Shown: positions 34,970 through 45,172, counted from the first letter of the stretch. The stretch: 64,000 nucleotides of DNA from Planctomycetota bacterium (GCA_965223505.1 CBDCWP010000039.1:64001-128000), one strand, 5' to 3'. Translations and numbers: made by a program. The notes: a model not told the origin generated them from the sequence alone.

Positions 34970-36116
34970 GCGCCTCGACCGGCCTGCCGGTGTACCGCAT
35001 GGCGACCAGCGTGACGTCGTCCTCGAATTCCGAGCTGCCCTGGAAGCTGGCGAGATCCTGCAGGATCTCGCCGACCATCAGAGACGGCGCCAACGACGCC
35101 GCCTGGCGAATCCGCTCGTACAGACCGGCCTCTTCCAGGACCTTGCCGGTCGAGTGTTGGAGCACCTCGTACAGGCCGTCGCTGAACAAGACGAGACCGT
35201 CGCCGGCCTCGAGCTGAACGGTCTCCGAAGGTCGCGTCTCGCTGAAGATGTCCGGGTCCATCCCCAAAAGGCGGTTCGGCGTGCGCAGCATCTCGATCTC
35301 GCCGTTTGCCCGCAGCAGGACTTGCGCCGGGTGACCCGCGGTCGCGTACTCCATGACCCCCGTCGTCAGGTCCACGCGGAACACCCCGACGGTCATGAAG
35401 AAGTACGTGTGCGTGAAGATGTGCATCGCCGAACGGTTGATGCGCTCCAGCATCGCCTCCGGCCGCTTCTTCGTGAGCGTGAGCCGGCGCACGAGACCAT
35501 GGATGCGCGCGACGACGAGCGCCGCCGCGATGCCGTGGCCGGACACGTCGGCGATGCAGAGGTACAGGTACTTCCCCTCGACGACGTTGACGTGCACGTA
35601 GTCGCCGCCGACGAAGCGCGACGGAATCTGCCGTACGACGACCTCCGCGTCGTCGCGTCGGACGTTCTCCGGCATCAGCGTCGCCTGCACGGCCTGCGCC
35701 AGCTTGAGCTCGGCGGTCACGGCTTCGTGCGACTTCTCCAGGTTGATCCGGATTCGCTTCTCTTCGCCGAGCGCCTCCTCGGCTTCGACGCGATGCGCCT
35801 TCTCCTCGGCGTGCGCGACCAGCGCGCGCCACTTCTCCTCCTCGGCGATCTTCCCGACGCGGCCGGCCGAGCCGAGGATGATGGCCCACGTCGCCGGCGC
35901 GAACAGGCTCAAGAGCTTCAGCCACAGGTCGGCGCCGGCGAGGAACGTCAGCACCGGGATCGGAATCGCGAGCAGGAAGCCCATCCACAACGAGGGGTTG
36001 CGGCGAACGTCGTACGTCTTCTCGTCCGTGAGCGCCCGGATGAACGCACGCAGGTAGCGCCATGACTCCTCGACGGGTGCGCGGGCGGTGTTCGACGGAT
36101 CGTTCGTGTTCGACAT
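34920..36116 (-). CDS. PP2C/SpoIIE (RsbU-like) phosphatase with N-terminal TM helices and coiled coil
   Basis: ELKLAQAVQ..L.P, VGGDY, IADVSGHG..AAL, AGHP, LFSDGL, DDVT. Confidence 0.9.
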   Translation of the reverse strand: MSNTNDPSNTARAPVEESWRYLRAFIRALTDEKTYDVRRNPSLWMGFLLAIPIPVLTFLAGADLWLKLLSLFAPATWAIILGSAGRVGKIAEEEKWRALVAHAEEKAHRVEAEEALGEEKRIRINLEKSHEAVTAELKLAQAVQATLMPENVRRDDAEVVVRQIPSRFVGGDYVHVNVVEGKYLYLCIADVSGHGIAAALVVARIHGLVRRLTLTKKRPEAMLERINRSAMHIFTHTYFFMTVGVFRVDLTTGVMEYATAGHPAQVLLRANGEIEMLRTPNRLLGMDPDIFSETRPSETVQLEAGDGLVLFSDGLYEVLQHSTGKVLEEAGLYERIRQAASLAPSLMVGEILQDLASFQGSSEFEDDVTLVAMRYTGRPVEAPTEEPPVPATTDPQRS

Positions 36117-36118
36117 GG

Positions 36119-36631
36119 TCAGTACTGGATGAGGGACTCCACCCTCACGTCCGGGAGCTTCTTGCGTCCTTCCAGAAACAGCAGCTCGATCAAGCAGGCG
36201 CAGCCTACGACATGAGCGTCCAAACGATTGGCCAGAGACACGGCGGCGCCCATCGTGCCGCCCGTCGCGAGCACGTCGTCGACGATGAGCACGCGCTCGC
36301 CCTCGTGTAGCGCGTCCTTGTGGATCTCGACGGCAGTCGAGCCGTACTCGAGGTCGTAGTCTTGGGAGAACGTCGCGCCGGGCAGCTTTCCGGGCTTGCG
36401 AACCGGGACGAATCCCGCGCCCAGGCGCAGGGCGATCGGGACCCCGAACATGAAGCCGCGGCTTTCGATGCCGATCACCTTCTGGACGTGCTCGTCGCCG
36501 TACAGGAGGTACATCTGCTCGACCGCCTGATGCAGCGCGTCCGCGTCGCCCATCAAGGGCGCGATGTCGCGGAAGACGACGCCCTCTTCGGGGAAGTCCG
36601 GCACGTCGCGGATGTAGGTTCGCAGGTCCAT
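36119..36631 (-). CDS. apt: Adenine phosphoribosyltransferase
   Basis: DFP..G..FRDI, ESRGF, RKPGKLP, LEYG, VDDVLATGGT. Confidence 0.97.
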   Translation of the reverse strand: MDLRTYIRDVPDFPEEGVVFRDIAPLMGDADALHQAVEQMYLLYGDEHVQKVIGIESRGFMFGVPIALRLGAGFVPVRKPGKLPGATFSQDYDLEYGSTAVEIHKDALHEGERVLIVDDVLATGGTMGAAVSLANRLDAHVVGCACLIELLFLEGRKKLPDVRVESLIQY

Positions 36632-36835
36632 GGGGGGCGGGAGTCTATCTTCGGGTCAACGGGGCCGGGCCGGTTTCACCAATCCCCGGCGGCCGAAACG
36701 CCGGCGCATTGTCGGGGTAGTCTTCGAGGGGGCGAAGGGAACCCCGACGCTTCGCAACGGAGCCGTTCCCGAACCCTATACTCGCCCGCGATTCGCCGGC
36801 GGCCGGCGTCGTGGCCCCATCAGGACTTCCCCATC

Positions 36836-37207
36836 ATGCGCACCCGCAAGCTCACCACCGTCATCGGCCTCACGATCGTCGCGACGCTTGCCTTCACCTT
36901 CTTCCTGACCCCCGCCAGCGGTGACGCGAAGACCGAGCTGGCCAAGGCCCAGAAGAAGGGGGAGACCCTCTGGGCGCAGAAGTGGGGCAAGGGCAAGACG
37001 TGCGCGCAGTGTCACACGAAGGGGGCCAACAAGCTCACCGCCAAGCGCCTCAACGCCTATCCCAAGTACGACAAGTTCATCAAGAAGGTCGTGACCGCGC
37101 AGCAGAAGCTCAATCAGATGATCAAGTCCAAGGGCAAGGGCGAAGAGCTGGAGCTGGGCAGTGAGGACCTCAACGCCCTCGAGGCCTACATCAAGACCCG
37201 CGAGTAG
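36836..37207 (+). CDS. Small exported mono-heme c-type cytochrome (SoxA/TsdA-like domain)
   Basis: N-terminal signal/TM segment, CAQCH, YPKYD...VVT...LNQMI, ALEAYI. Confidence 0.8.
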   Translation: MRTRKLTTVIGLTIVATLAFTFFLTPASGDAKTELAKAQKKGETLWAQKWGKGKTCAQCHTKGANKLTAKRLNAYPKYDKFIKKVVTAQQKLNQMIKSKGKGEELELGSEDLNALEAYIKTRE

Positions 37208-37260
37208 CGCCCCGCCGGCGAACAAGGCAACCTGATCGTCGCCGGGTAGGATCCCGGCCC

Positions 37261-39006
37261 ATGGTGTTCAGGCAGGCCGTTCTCGAAGCCTTGACTGACG
37301 CGCTCGGCGAGCGCGCGGACGAGGTCGATCTCACCCGGTTGCTGAGCGATCCGCCGAGGCCCGAGATGGGCGACCTCGCGTTCGGCTGCTTCCCGCTGGC
37401 CAAGATCGAGCGCAAGGCGCCGCCCGCCATCGCGCAGGAGCTCGCCGAGCGGATTCCGATCGGGGGACTCGTCGCGAAGGTCACCGTCGCCGGTCCGTTC
37501 GTGAACTTCCACGCCGATCCCGTGGCGCTGCTCGACGCGTTCGCCAAGCAGCTGGCGGACGGGTCCTTCTTCGACGCCCTTCGCACGGATGCGCCGCAGC
37601 GCATCATGGTCGAGTTCTCCCAGCCCAACACGCACAAGGTGTTCCACGTCGGGCACTTGCGAAACGTCGTTCTCGGCGACGCGCTGGTCCGCGTTCTGAA
37701 AGCGCGTGGTCACGACGTCGTGCCGGTCAACTACTACGGCGACTTCGGCATCGACGTGGCCAAATGTCTCTGGTGGCTGCGCGCGCATCCCGCAGAGCCG
37801 CCGGCCGAGGGCCGAACGGCTTGGCTCGGCGCGGCCTACGCGAAGGCCACCGAAGCACTCGAGAACGCAAAGGCCGAGAGCGAGGAGGCGCATGCCGCAT
37901 TGAGCGCGGAAATTCGCGGCGTGCTCGCGGCGATGGAAGAAGAGGGCTCCGAGGTTCGCGCGCTGTACCTCGAGACGCGCCAGTGGTGCCTCGACGAGTT
38001 CGCGCAGCTCTACGCCAACATGGGCGTCCACTTCGATCACGACTTCTTCGAGTCCGAGCTCGAGGAGGCGGGCAACAAGGTCGTGGACGACTACCTCGCC
38101 AAGGGCGTCTTCGAGGAGAGCCAGGGGGCGATCATCTGCGATCTGTCGGACGACAAGCTCGTCCCCGCGTTGGTGCGCAAGAGCGACGGCACGAGCTTGT
38201 ACATGACGTGGGACCTCGCCCTCGCGCGCGAGAAGTTCGAGAAGTTCGACATCCAGCGATCGCTCTATGTCGTCGCGACCGAGCAGACCTTCCACTTCCA
38301 GCAGCTGTTCGCGACGCTGCGCCGCATGGGCTACCAGCGCGCCAAGGACTGCCGCCACGTCGCGTACGAGCTCGTCATGCTGCCCGAAGGCAAGATGTCC
38401 AGCCGCAAGGGCACCGCGACGCCGCTGCACGAGCTGCGCTCCGAGGTCCTCGAGGCCATCAAGACGAAGATGCGCGAGGAACATCGCGCCGAGCGCGAGG
38501 GCTGGACCGAAGCGCACTGGATCGAGACGGCCATGAAGGTCATGCGCGCTTGCCTGAAGTACGGCATGCTGCAGGTCGGGAACAACCGCACGGTCGTCTT
38601 CGACGTGGACGCGTGGACCAACCCGGAAGGCGATACGGGCGCCTACCTGCTGTACAGCCAGGCGCGGATCGCCGGCATCTTTCGGAAGGCCGGCGTGGAC
38701 GTCGAGCTGGCGGAGGGCATCGAGCGGGCCGGCACGTTCGGCGGCGGCGCCGAGCGCCAGGTGCTCAACCACCTGCTCAAGTTCGGCGACGTCGTTCGGC
38801 GGGTCGAGGACACCTGCGACCCGTCGCATCTCGCCAACTACCTGTTCGACGGTGCGAAGCGTTTCAGCCGCTTCTATCAGGAGTGTCCGGTGCTCAAGGC
38901 GGACGAGGAGACGCGCGCGGCCCGACTCCTCCTCATTCGTGCGACGGACGAGGTGTTCGGGCGCGGCCTGGAACTGCTCGGGATCGAGACGGTCGACGAG
39001 ATGTAG
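37261..39006 (+). CDS. argS: Arginine--tRNA ligase
   Basis: VEFSQPN, HVGHLRN (HIGH), KMSSRKG, C-terminal DEM. Confidence 0.96.
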   Translation: MVFRQAVLEALTDALGERADEVDLTRLLSDPPRPEMGDLAFGCFPLAKIERKAPPAIAQELAERIPIGGLVAKVTVAGPFVNFHADPVALLDAFAKQLADGSFFDALRTDAPQRIMVEFSQPNTHKVFHVGHLRNVVLGDALVRVLKARGHDVVPVNYYGDFGIDVAKCLWWLRAHPAEPPAEGRTAWLGAAYAKATEALENAKAESEEAHAALSAEIRGVLAAMEEEGSEVRALYLETRQWCLDEFAQLYANMGVHFDHDFFESELEEAGNKVVDDYLAKGVFEESQGAIICDLSDDKLVPALVRKSDGTSLYMTWDLALAREKFEKFDIQRSLYVVATEQTFHFQQLFATLRRMGYQRAKDCRHVAYELVMLPEGKMSSRKGTATPLHELRSEVLEAIKTKMREEHRAEREGWTEAHWIETAMKVMRACLKYGMLQVGNNRTVVFDVDAWTNPEGDTGAYLLYSQARIAGIFRKAGVDVELAEGIERAGTFGGGAERQVLNHLLKFGDVVRRVEDTCDPSHLANYLFDGAKRFSRFYQECPVLKADEETRAARLLLIRATDEVFGRGLELLGIETVDEM

Positions 39007-39370
39007 GGGCGACCCTCGCGGTCGCTCAGTTGGGCAGGCACAAGGCCTGCCCCTACAGACGTTCGGGATCGGGAGCGGATCCGAGCACGTGAACGTGAAC
39101 CAGCACGACATCCTGAACCGGATGTAGGGGCGACCCTCGTGGTCGCCCAAGCGTTCGTCGATCAGGTCTGAACGCATGCGTGGTTGGGCAGCCACCAGGG
39201 CTGCCCCTACAGACGTTCCGGATCGGGATCGGGAGCGGTTCCGAGCACGTGAACGTGAACCAGCACGACATCCTGAACCGGATGTAGGGGCGACCCTCGT
39301 GGTCGCCCAAGCGTTCGTCGATCGGATCTGAACGCATGTGCGGTTGGGCAGCCACAAGGGCTGCCCCTAC
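39003..39370. repeat. BIME-like cluster of six GTAG-type REP hairpins (three inverted doublets)
   Basis: GTAGGGGCGACCCTCG(T/C)GGTCGC.. at 39003, 39124 and 39284 (+), alternating with GTAGGGGCAG.C..TG.CTGCCC on the minus strand at 39032-39056, 39186-39210 and 39346-39370; linkers are also repeated. Confidence 0.9.
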
Positions 39371-39371
39371 C

Positions 39372-40394
39372 CTACACCTCGATCCCGACGAGCTCGAGCG
39401 GATCGCGGCCCAGCGCCTTCGCCATTCGGGCGCGGATCTTCTCCGTTCGGCGTTCCTGCAGGTCGATCAGCGCCGGCGCGTCGTAGCGCGATCTCAGATC
39501 CCGAAACCGCTCGACGGGCGCGACCGCTTCCGGACCCTTCATGCACGCGTCCGCGAGCGCGGCGCAGCGCTCCTCCCAGGTCAACGTCCGGATGTCGATG
39601 AGCCGGCGAAACGAGCGAACGGTCTTCTTGGGAACGCCGGCCTTCACCAGCGCTTTTGCGCTCGCGCCCTTCGTGAAGTGCGAGATGCAGGCGAAGCCGT
39701 ACGCGGCGAAGGGGGTCTTGCGCAACAGCTTCAGGCCCGCTCGCTGGTGATCGTCGTGCTTGCCGATGGCGCGGCCCACGTCGTGCAAGAGGGTGCCCGT
39801 TGCCGTGGCCTCGACGTCGATCGCGACACCCTTCGCTTCCAGCGCCTCGGCGAACCGTCGCGCAAGCCGCGCGCCGCCCCGCAGATGGGCGATCAGGTTC
39901 GGCGTCGCCTCGGGCAGTCCGATGAGGTATCCGTCGGCCTCTTCCTCGCTCATCGACTGCAGCTCGAAAAGCGCCGGGTCCTTGATGTAGAGCGCGGCCT
40001 TGCGGATCGTGCGTCGAAGACTCGGGTAGGGCAATGCGTACAGCGCCTGCTCGAGGGAGGCCCACTTGTGGTGGGAATGCTCCTTCGAAAGCGTCACCCG
40101 TTTCGTGCGGGTCCGGGCGAGGAAGTACACGACGATCTTGTCGTAGCTCTGGCCGTTGCGCTGCGCCGGATAGTAGAGCTTGCGGCGAAAGTCGGTGTTG
40201 ACCTCGAGGTCGGTGAGCCCGGTCTCTTCTTCCGTCTCTCGCAGGGCCGTCGCGAGCTCCGACTCGCCCGACTCCGCGTGGCCCTTCGGCAGCCCCGGCT
40301 CCTTGCGCTTGCGGTTCGTCAGGAGCAGGTACTTCACGCCCGACCGGGTCGCGCGCGTGAGCACGAATCCGCAAGCGATCCGTTTCGTCCTCAT
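39372..40394 (-). CDS. NUDIX hydrolase (Ap4A hydrolase-like) fused to an HD-domain phosphohydrolase
   Basis: Nudix box PKGHAESGESELATALRETEEETGL and LSKEH; C-terminal AHL, LLHDVGR, H, H, ALAD. Confidence 0.85.
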   Translation of the reverse strand: MRTKRIACGFVLTRATRSGVKYLLLTNRKRKEPGLPKGHAESGESELATALRETEEETGLTDLEVNTDFRRKLYYPAQRNGQSYDKIVVYFLARTRTKRVTLSKEHSHHKWASLEQALYALPYPSLRRTIRKAALYIKDPALFELQSMSEEEADGYLIGLPEATPNLIAHLRGGARLARRFAEALEAKGVAIDVEATATGTLLHDVGRAIGKHDDHQRAGLKLLRKTPFAAYGFACISHFTKGASAKALVKAGVPKKTVRSFRRLIDIRTLTWEERCAALADACMKGPEAVAPVERFRDLRSRYDAPALIDLQERRTEKIRARMAKALGRDPLELVGIEV

Positions 40395-40504
40395 GGCGCA
40401 CGTTGTACGTCCCACCGGCCTCACCCGCGGATGGAATTGGACCGCGCGGAATGCTCCCCGACGACCATCCGGGGCGCGGGGCCCTTCGGGTAGGCTTTCG
40501 GCCG

Positions 40505-41350
40505 ATGAGTGCCGCCGAACAGCTCGCGCCGCCGGTTTGTCAGGAAGGCGAGATTCTCGCCAACCGCAAGATCACGCCCGTGACCTGGGTCATGACGATC
40601 CACGCGCCCGACGTCGCGCCGACGATGCGCGCCGGCCAGTTCGTCAACCTCGAGACGAGCCCGACGCTCATTCCGCTGCTGCGCCGGCCGATGTCCATCC
40701 ACAAGCTCATCGAGCGCGGCGGCGTCGCGACGGGTTTCTGCATCCTCTACGACGTCGTCGGACCGGGCACCACCGCGCTCAGTCGAATGGGCCAGGGCGA
40801 CAAGATCAGCTACATCGGGCCGCTCGGCAACACGCTCACCGTGCCCGAAGGCGCCCGCCGGGCCACGCTCGTCGCGGGCGGCGTCGGCGTCGGCCCGATC
40901 AAGTTCGTCGCGGAAGCGCTGCAGCGGCGCGGCATCCGCGAGATCAACGTCTGCTACGGCGCCCGGGACGAGGACCACTCGGTGCCGGTCGAAGACGTGG
41001 CGCCCAACGGGTGTCGCGTGCTCGTGCGCACCGACGACGGCTCCGTCGGCCGAAAGGGCTTCGTCACCGAGGACGTCGCCCAGCTCATCGAGACCGGCCG
41101 CCTCGCGCCCGGCGACTACGTCTTCACCTGCGGACCGCACGCCATGTTCCACGCGCTGCGCGACCTACTGCGCGAAGCGGGCATCGCGGCCGAGGCGGCG
41201 ACCGAGGAGTTCATGGGGTGCGGGTTCGGGGTGTGCTTCGGATGCCCGCTGCGCCAGCGCCAGGAAGACGGCAGCGTCGCCTACAAGCTCTGCTGCGTCG
41301 ACGGCTGTCTGTTCCCGCTCGACACGCTCGTGTTCGAGGGCGAAGAATGA
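40505..41350 (+). CDS. pyrK: Dihydroorotate dehydrogenase electron-transfer subunit-like FAD/2Fe-2S protein
   Basis: GQFV, RRPMS, GPLGN, GGVGVGP, CGP, MGCGFGVCFGC..C.DG. Confidence 0.85.
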   Translation: MSAAEQLAPPVCQEGEILANRKITPVTWVMTIHAPDVAPTMRAGQFVNLETSPTLIPLLRRPMSIHKLIERGGVATGFCILYDVVGPGTTALSRMGQGDKISYIGPLGNTLTVPEGARRATLVAGGVGVGPIKFVAEALQRRGIREINVCYGARDEDHSVPVEDVAPNGCRVLVRTDDGSVGRKGFVTEDVAQLIETGRLAPGDYVFTCGPHAMFHALRDLLREAGIAAEAATEEFMGCGFGVCFGCPLRQRQEDGSVAYKLCCVDGCLFPLDTLVFEGEE

Positions 41351-41895
41351 GCAAGCGCCGCCCCCTCGACTCCGTCTCCGACCTCGTGAAGGTCCTGCGG
41401 CGCGTCAAGCCGCGCCAGATGGAGGCGTTCGAGCGCGCGATCCTGGCGTCGGACCGCGTCTTCGTCACGGGGCTCGGTCGCACCGGATTGATGGCGCGCG
41501 GCTTCGCGATGCGTCTGATGCATCTCGGCCGGCGCGTGTACCACGTGGGCGACGTCATCACACCGGCCATCGGGCCGAACGACCTCTTGATCATCTGCTC
41601 CCGGACGGGGCGCTCGAAGGTGCTGAGCCACTACATCCGGATCGCGCGCAAGGCCGACGCGGCGGTCGCGGTGGTGACGGCGAACGTGGAGAGCAAGGCC
41701 GCCCAGCGCGCGGACACCGCGCTCGTGATCGACGACGTCGTGCCGCACGACGAAGCACAGGGCGCGCCGCTGCCGCTCGGGAGCCTCTTCGAGCAGGCGC
41801 TGCTGATCGTGCTGGACCAGGTCGTCCTGTCGCTCATGGCGTCCCTCGGGCTCACCGAGCACGATCTCGCCCAGATCCACACCAAGTTCGAGTAG
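41347..41895 (+). CDS. SIS-domain sugar-phosphate isomerase (6-phospho-3-hexuloisomerase HxlB-like)
   Basis: FVTGLGRTG, FAMRLMHLG, S..G.S, PLGSLFEQ, C-terminal H...E. Confidence 0.8.
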   Translation: MSKRRPLDSVSDLVKVLRRVKPRQMEAFERAILASDRVFVTGLGRTGLMARGFAMRLMHLGRRVYHVGDVITPAIGPNDLLIICSRTGRSKVLSHYIRIARKADAAVAVVTANVESKAAQRADTALVIDDVVPHDEAQGAPLPLGSLFEQALLIVLDQVVLSLMASLGLTEHDLAQIHTKFE

Positions 41896-42153
41896 GTGCC
41901 GGAGACGGCCGGGCCAAGCCCCCCCTGTGTTCAAAGCGATGGACATTCGGGCCCGGCGACAATACCAACCCTCTAACAGCAGGCCCGGTGCGACGTTACG
42001 GTGGCGGCGGCGCCGGTCGCTATGGCCGAGGATTCGGTGCGGATGCGATTGCCAGGCCGTCGACTCTCTGGGATCATCTGTCGGGCCGTATCAGGGGATC
42101 GGACACGCTGGAACAGGAGAGATCGGTTGCTCATCGCGAGCGCCATACGTGGG

Positions 42154-42873
42154 ATGATGCGCTACTTCGCACTGACTGCCGTTGTGTTTGCCGCCGTGTG
42201 CGCTGCGCCGTCGGCGTATGCCGAGGAGATCGACCTCAAGCTGTGGGTCGAGAACGGTAGCGAGAGCAAGTACGTCTACACGGGTGTTCACGACGCCAGT
42301 CGCGGCGACTTCTACTCGCCGGGCAAGGACTGGGAAGGCGACACCATTACGGGCAGCCACAAGTTCTTCTCGGGCGGGACGAAGAGCCTCGGGTTCGCCG
42401 ACGACCCGCTGAGCGGGTTCATCTCGGCGACGCTCGACACCGAGACCGACACCCTGACCTTCAACAACAGCACGCTGAAGGGATCGAACGGCAAGAAGCT
42501 CGTGATCACCGGCGGCTCCGTCGAGTACGTCGACGGGTTCGCGCGCGGCTCGATGGACTACGACCTGCACCTGACGAGCTCGTCGACGCCGTCGAACTCC
42601 GGCACGTTCTACTTCTATCCAATCGGGTTGATCGGCGCGAACGACTTCAACAAGTTCGACTTCACGTCGCCCGACTCCAACGGCATCTACTCCCTCAAGC
42701 TCTTCGGCAACAACTGGGAAAACCACGTGAGCGGCGCTCTGCCGTCCGCGTCGTCGTCGTTCGGCTTGAGTCTGTTCGTCAGCGTCCCCGAGCCGGGCAC
42801 CATCGGGTTGATGGGCAGCGTGCTCGTCGCGGGCGCGATCGCCGTGCGCCGCCGGCGCCGTCGCGAAGCGTAG
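42154..42873 (+). CDS. PEP-CTERM sorting domain protein
   Basis: Signal peptide ..PSAYA; Ser/Thr/Gly-rich body; C-terminus VPEPGTIGLMGSVLVAGAIAVRRRRRR. Confidence 0.93.
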   Translation: MMRYFALTAVVFAAVCAAPSAYAEEIDLKLWVENGSESKYVYTGVHDASRGDFYSPGKDWEGDTITGSHKFFSGGTKSLGFADDPLSGFISATLDTETDTLTFNNSTLKGSNGKKLVITGGSVEYVDGFARGSMDYDLHLTSSSTPSNSGTFYFYPIGLIGANDFNKFDFTSPDSNGIYSLKLFGNNWENHVSGALPSASSSFGLSLFVSVPEPGTIGLMGSVLVAGAIAVRRRRRREA

Positions 42874-43091
42874 GTCTCCGCCTTTCCGACTCGGCGCCCA
42901 GGTGCCGGGCAGGCGGAGTTGCGTCACTGCGGGGCTGAAACTCCGGTCCTTGGGAGCCCGTCGATGAGGCAAGGCCGGGCGTGCCGGTTTTCGGCCCTCT
43001 GCAGCGGACACAGCACCCGTGCCGTTGCTCGGCCGGGCCGCGTTCACGCCCGTACACTGCGCGCCCTTTGACCTCGTTTCCGGAGCCCAGC

Positions 43092-44273
43092 ATGCCCGAA
43101 GCCGTGATCGTCTCCGCTTGTCGCACCCCGATCGGGAAGTTCCAAGGCGGCCTCGCCTCCTTCCGCGCGCCCGAGCTCGGCGCGTTCGCGATCAAGGAAG
43201 CCCTTCGTCGCTCCGGCGTCGATGCGGCCGACGTCGACGAGTGCATCATGGGCAACGTCATCCAGGCCGGCCTCGGTCAGAACCCCGCCCGCCAAGCTGC
43301 GCTCGGCGCCGGGTTGCCGCCCGAGATGGGCTCCTTCACCGTCAACAAGGTCTGCGGCTCCGGCCTGAAGTCCGTCATGCTCGCCGCCCAGGCGATTCGC
43401 GCGGGCGACGCCGAGATCATCATCGCGGGCGGCATGGAGAGCATGACCAATGCGCCGTATCTCGCGCCGCGCATCCGCGACGGCCTGCGCCTGGGGCACG
43501 GCAAGCTGCTCGACGCCATGGTTCACGACGGTCTCTGGGAGGCGTACGAGGACTTCCACATGGGCGAGACCGGCGAGCTCATTGCCGAGCGCTGCGACGT
43601 CAGTCGCGAGGATCAGGACGCGTTCGCCGCGCAGAGCCACAACCGCGCCGAGGCGGCGATCGCCGCGGGCGCCTTCGACGAGGAGATCGTCCCCGTCGAG
43701 GTCAAGGACCGCAAGGGCAACGTCACAATCGTGAACGCCGACGAGGGCGTGCGCAACGGCATGACCGCCGAGGGCATGGCGAAGATGCGCCCGGCCTTCC
43801 GCAAGGACGGCACTGTCACCGCCGCCAACGCGAGCCAGATCTCGGACGGCGCCTCGGCGCTCGTCGTGATGAGCGAAGAGGCCGCGAACAAGCGCGGGCT
43901 CACGCCGCTCGCGCGCATCAGCGGCTACGCCGTGGGCGGGACGGAGCCCAAGTGGGTGATGTACGCGCCCGTCGTCGCCATCTCGAACCTCGAGCAGAAG
44001 ACCGGCAACGCGACCGGCTCGTACGGCCTCGTCGAGCTCAACGAAGCCTTCTCTTCGGCCGCCTGCGCGGTGACGAAGGAGGCCGGCCTCGACCCCGAGC
44101 GCACGAACGTCAACGGCGGCGCGGTTGCGCTCGGCCATCCGATCGGCGCCAGCGGCGCGCGTGTCCTCACGACGCTGCTCTACGCCATGAAGAACCGCGA
44201 CGAGAAGACCGGCTTTGCTTCCCTCTGCCTCGGCGGGGGCAACGCGGTGGCGCTGGCCGTCGAGCGGGACTAG
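43092..44273 (+). CDS. Acetyl-CoA C-acetyltransferase (thiolase)
   Basis: [25 protein letters not shown]. Confidence 0.95.
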   Translation: MPEAVIVSACRTPIGKFQGGLASFRAPELGAFAIKEALRRSGVDAADVDECIMGNVIQAGLGQNPARQAALGAGLPPEMGSFTVNKVCGSGLKSVMLAAQAIRAGDAEIIIAGGMESMTNAPYLAPRIRDGLRLGHGKLLDAMVHDGLWEAYEDFHMGETGELIAERCDVSREDQDAFAAQSHNRAEAAIAAGAFDEEIVPVEVKDRKGNVTIVNADEGVRNGMTAEGMAKMRPAFRKDGTVTAANASQISDGASALVVMSEEAANKRGLTPLARISGYAVGGTEPKWVMYAPVVAISNLEQKTGNATGSYGLVELNEAFSSAACAVTKEAGLDPERTNVNGGAVALGHPIGASGARVLTTLLYAMKNRDEKTGFASLCLGGGNAVALAVERD

Positions 44274-44317
44274 CTGCCGCCTCTCGACCAGGGACCGACT
44301 TCGGAGGGAACACGACC

Positions 44318-45172
44318 ATGTCGATCGAGACCGTCGGCGTCATCGGCGCCGGACAGATGGGTGGGGGCATCGCGCAGGTCTTTGCCGCTGCGGGGACGCC
44401 GGTGCATCTGTACGACAGCGACGCGGACGTCGTCGCGAACGCCCTGCAGGCCATCGAGCGCAGCTTCGGCAAGTTCGTCGCCAAAGAGCGCATGACGAAC
44501 GAGGACGCCGACGCCGCCCTGGCGCGCATCCAGCCCGCCGCCTCGCTCGAGAACCTGAAGGACTGCGACCTCGTCGTCGAGGCGATCGTCGAGAACGCGC
44601 AGGTGAAGAAGAACGTCTTCCTGTCGCTCGATCAGACGCTCAAGCCCGGCGGCATCATCGCCAGCAACACGTCCAGCATCTCGATCACGGAGCTGGCGGC
44701 GAGCACGTCGCGCCCCGAGAAGTTCATCGGGATGCACTTCATGAATCCGGTGCCGCTCATGAAGCTCGTGGAGATCATCCGCGGCCTCGCGACGGACGAC
44801 GAGACGTACGAAGCCGTGCGCGCGGCGACGGAGAAGGTCGGCAAGACCCCGATCGTCGCGAACGACTACCCCGGTTTCGTCAGCAACCGCATCCTCATGC
44901 CGATGATCAACGAGGCGATCACGTGCGTGATGGAGGGCGTGGCCGAGCCGGAGGCCATCGACGGCATCATGAAGCTCGGCATGAACCACCCCATGGGGCC
45001 GCTGGCGCTGGCCGACCTGATCGGCTTGGACACCTGCCTTGCGATCATGGAGGTCCTGCACCGCGACCTTGGCGACTCGAAGTACCGGCCGTCGCCGTTG
45101 CTGCGCAAGATGGTCGCGGCCGGTCGTTACGGCCGCAAGTCGGGCCGCGGCTTCTACGACTACGCGCGCTAG
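44318..45172 (+). CDS. hbd: 3-hydroxybutyryl-CoA dehydrogenase
   Basis: GAGQMG, SNTSS, GMHFMNP, PGFV.NR, HPMGPL.LAD.IGLD. Confidence 0.93.
   Translation: MSIETVGVIGAGQMGGGIAQVFAAAGTPVHLYDSDADVVANALQAIERSFGKFVAKERMTNEDADAALARIQPAASLENLKDCDLVVEAIVENAQVKKNVFLSLDQTLKPGGIIASNTSSISITELAASTSRPEKFIGMHFMNPVPLMKLVEIIRGLATDDETYEAVRAATEKVGKTPIVANDYPGFVSNRILMPMINEAITCVMEGVAEPEAIDGIMKLGMNHPMGPLALADLIGLDTCLAIMEVLHRDLGDSKYRPSPLLRKMVAAGRYGRKSGRGFYDYAR

Noticed and set aside
39003..39370. Possible CRISPR array
   Set aside because: Repeats alternate in orientation, the linkers are themselves repeated rather than unique, and no cas genes are present; this fits REP/BIME.
42874..43091. Possible cobalamin riboswitch or ribozyme upstream of the thiolase/mutase cluster
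   Set aside because: Only a GC hairpin (CTCCGCCT/AGGCGGAG) is evident; no B12-box or hammerhead core could be matched by eye. An Rfam scan would settle it.
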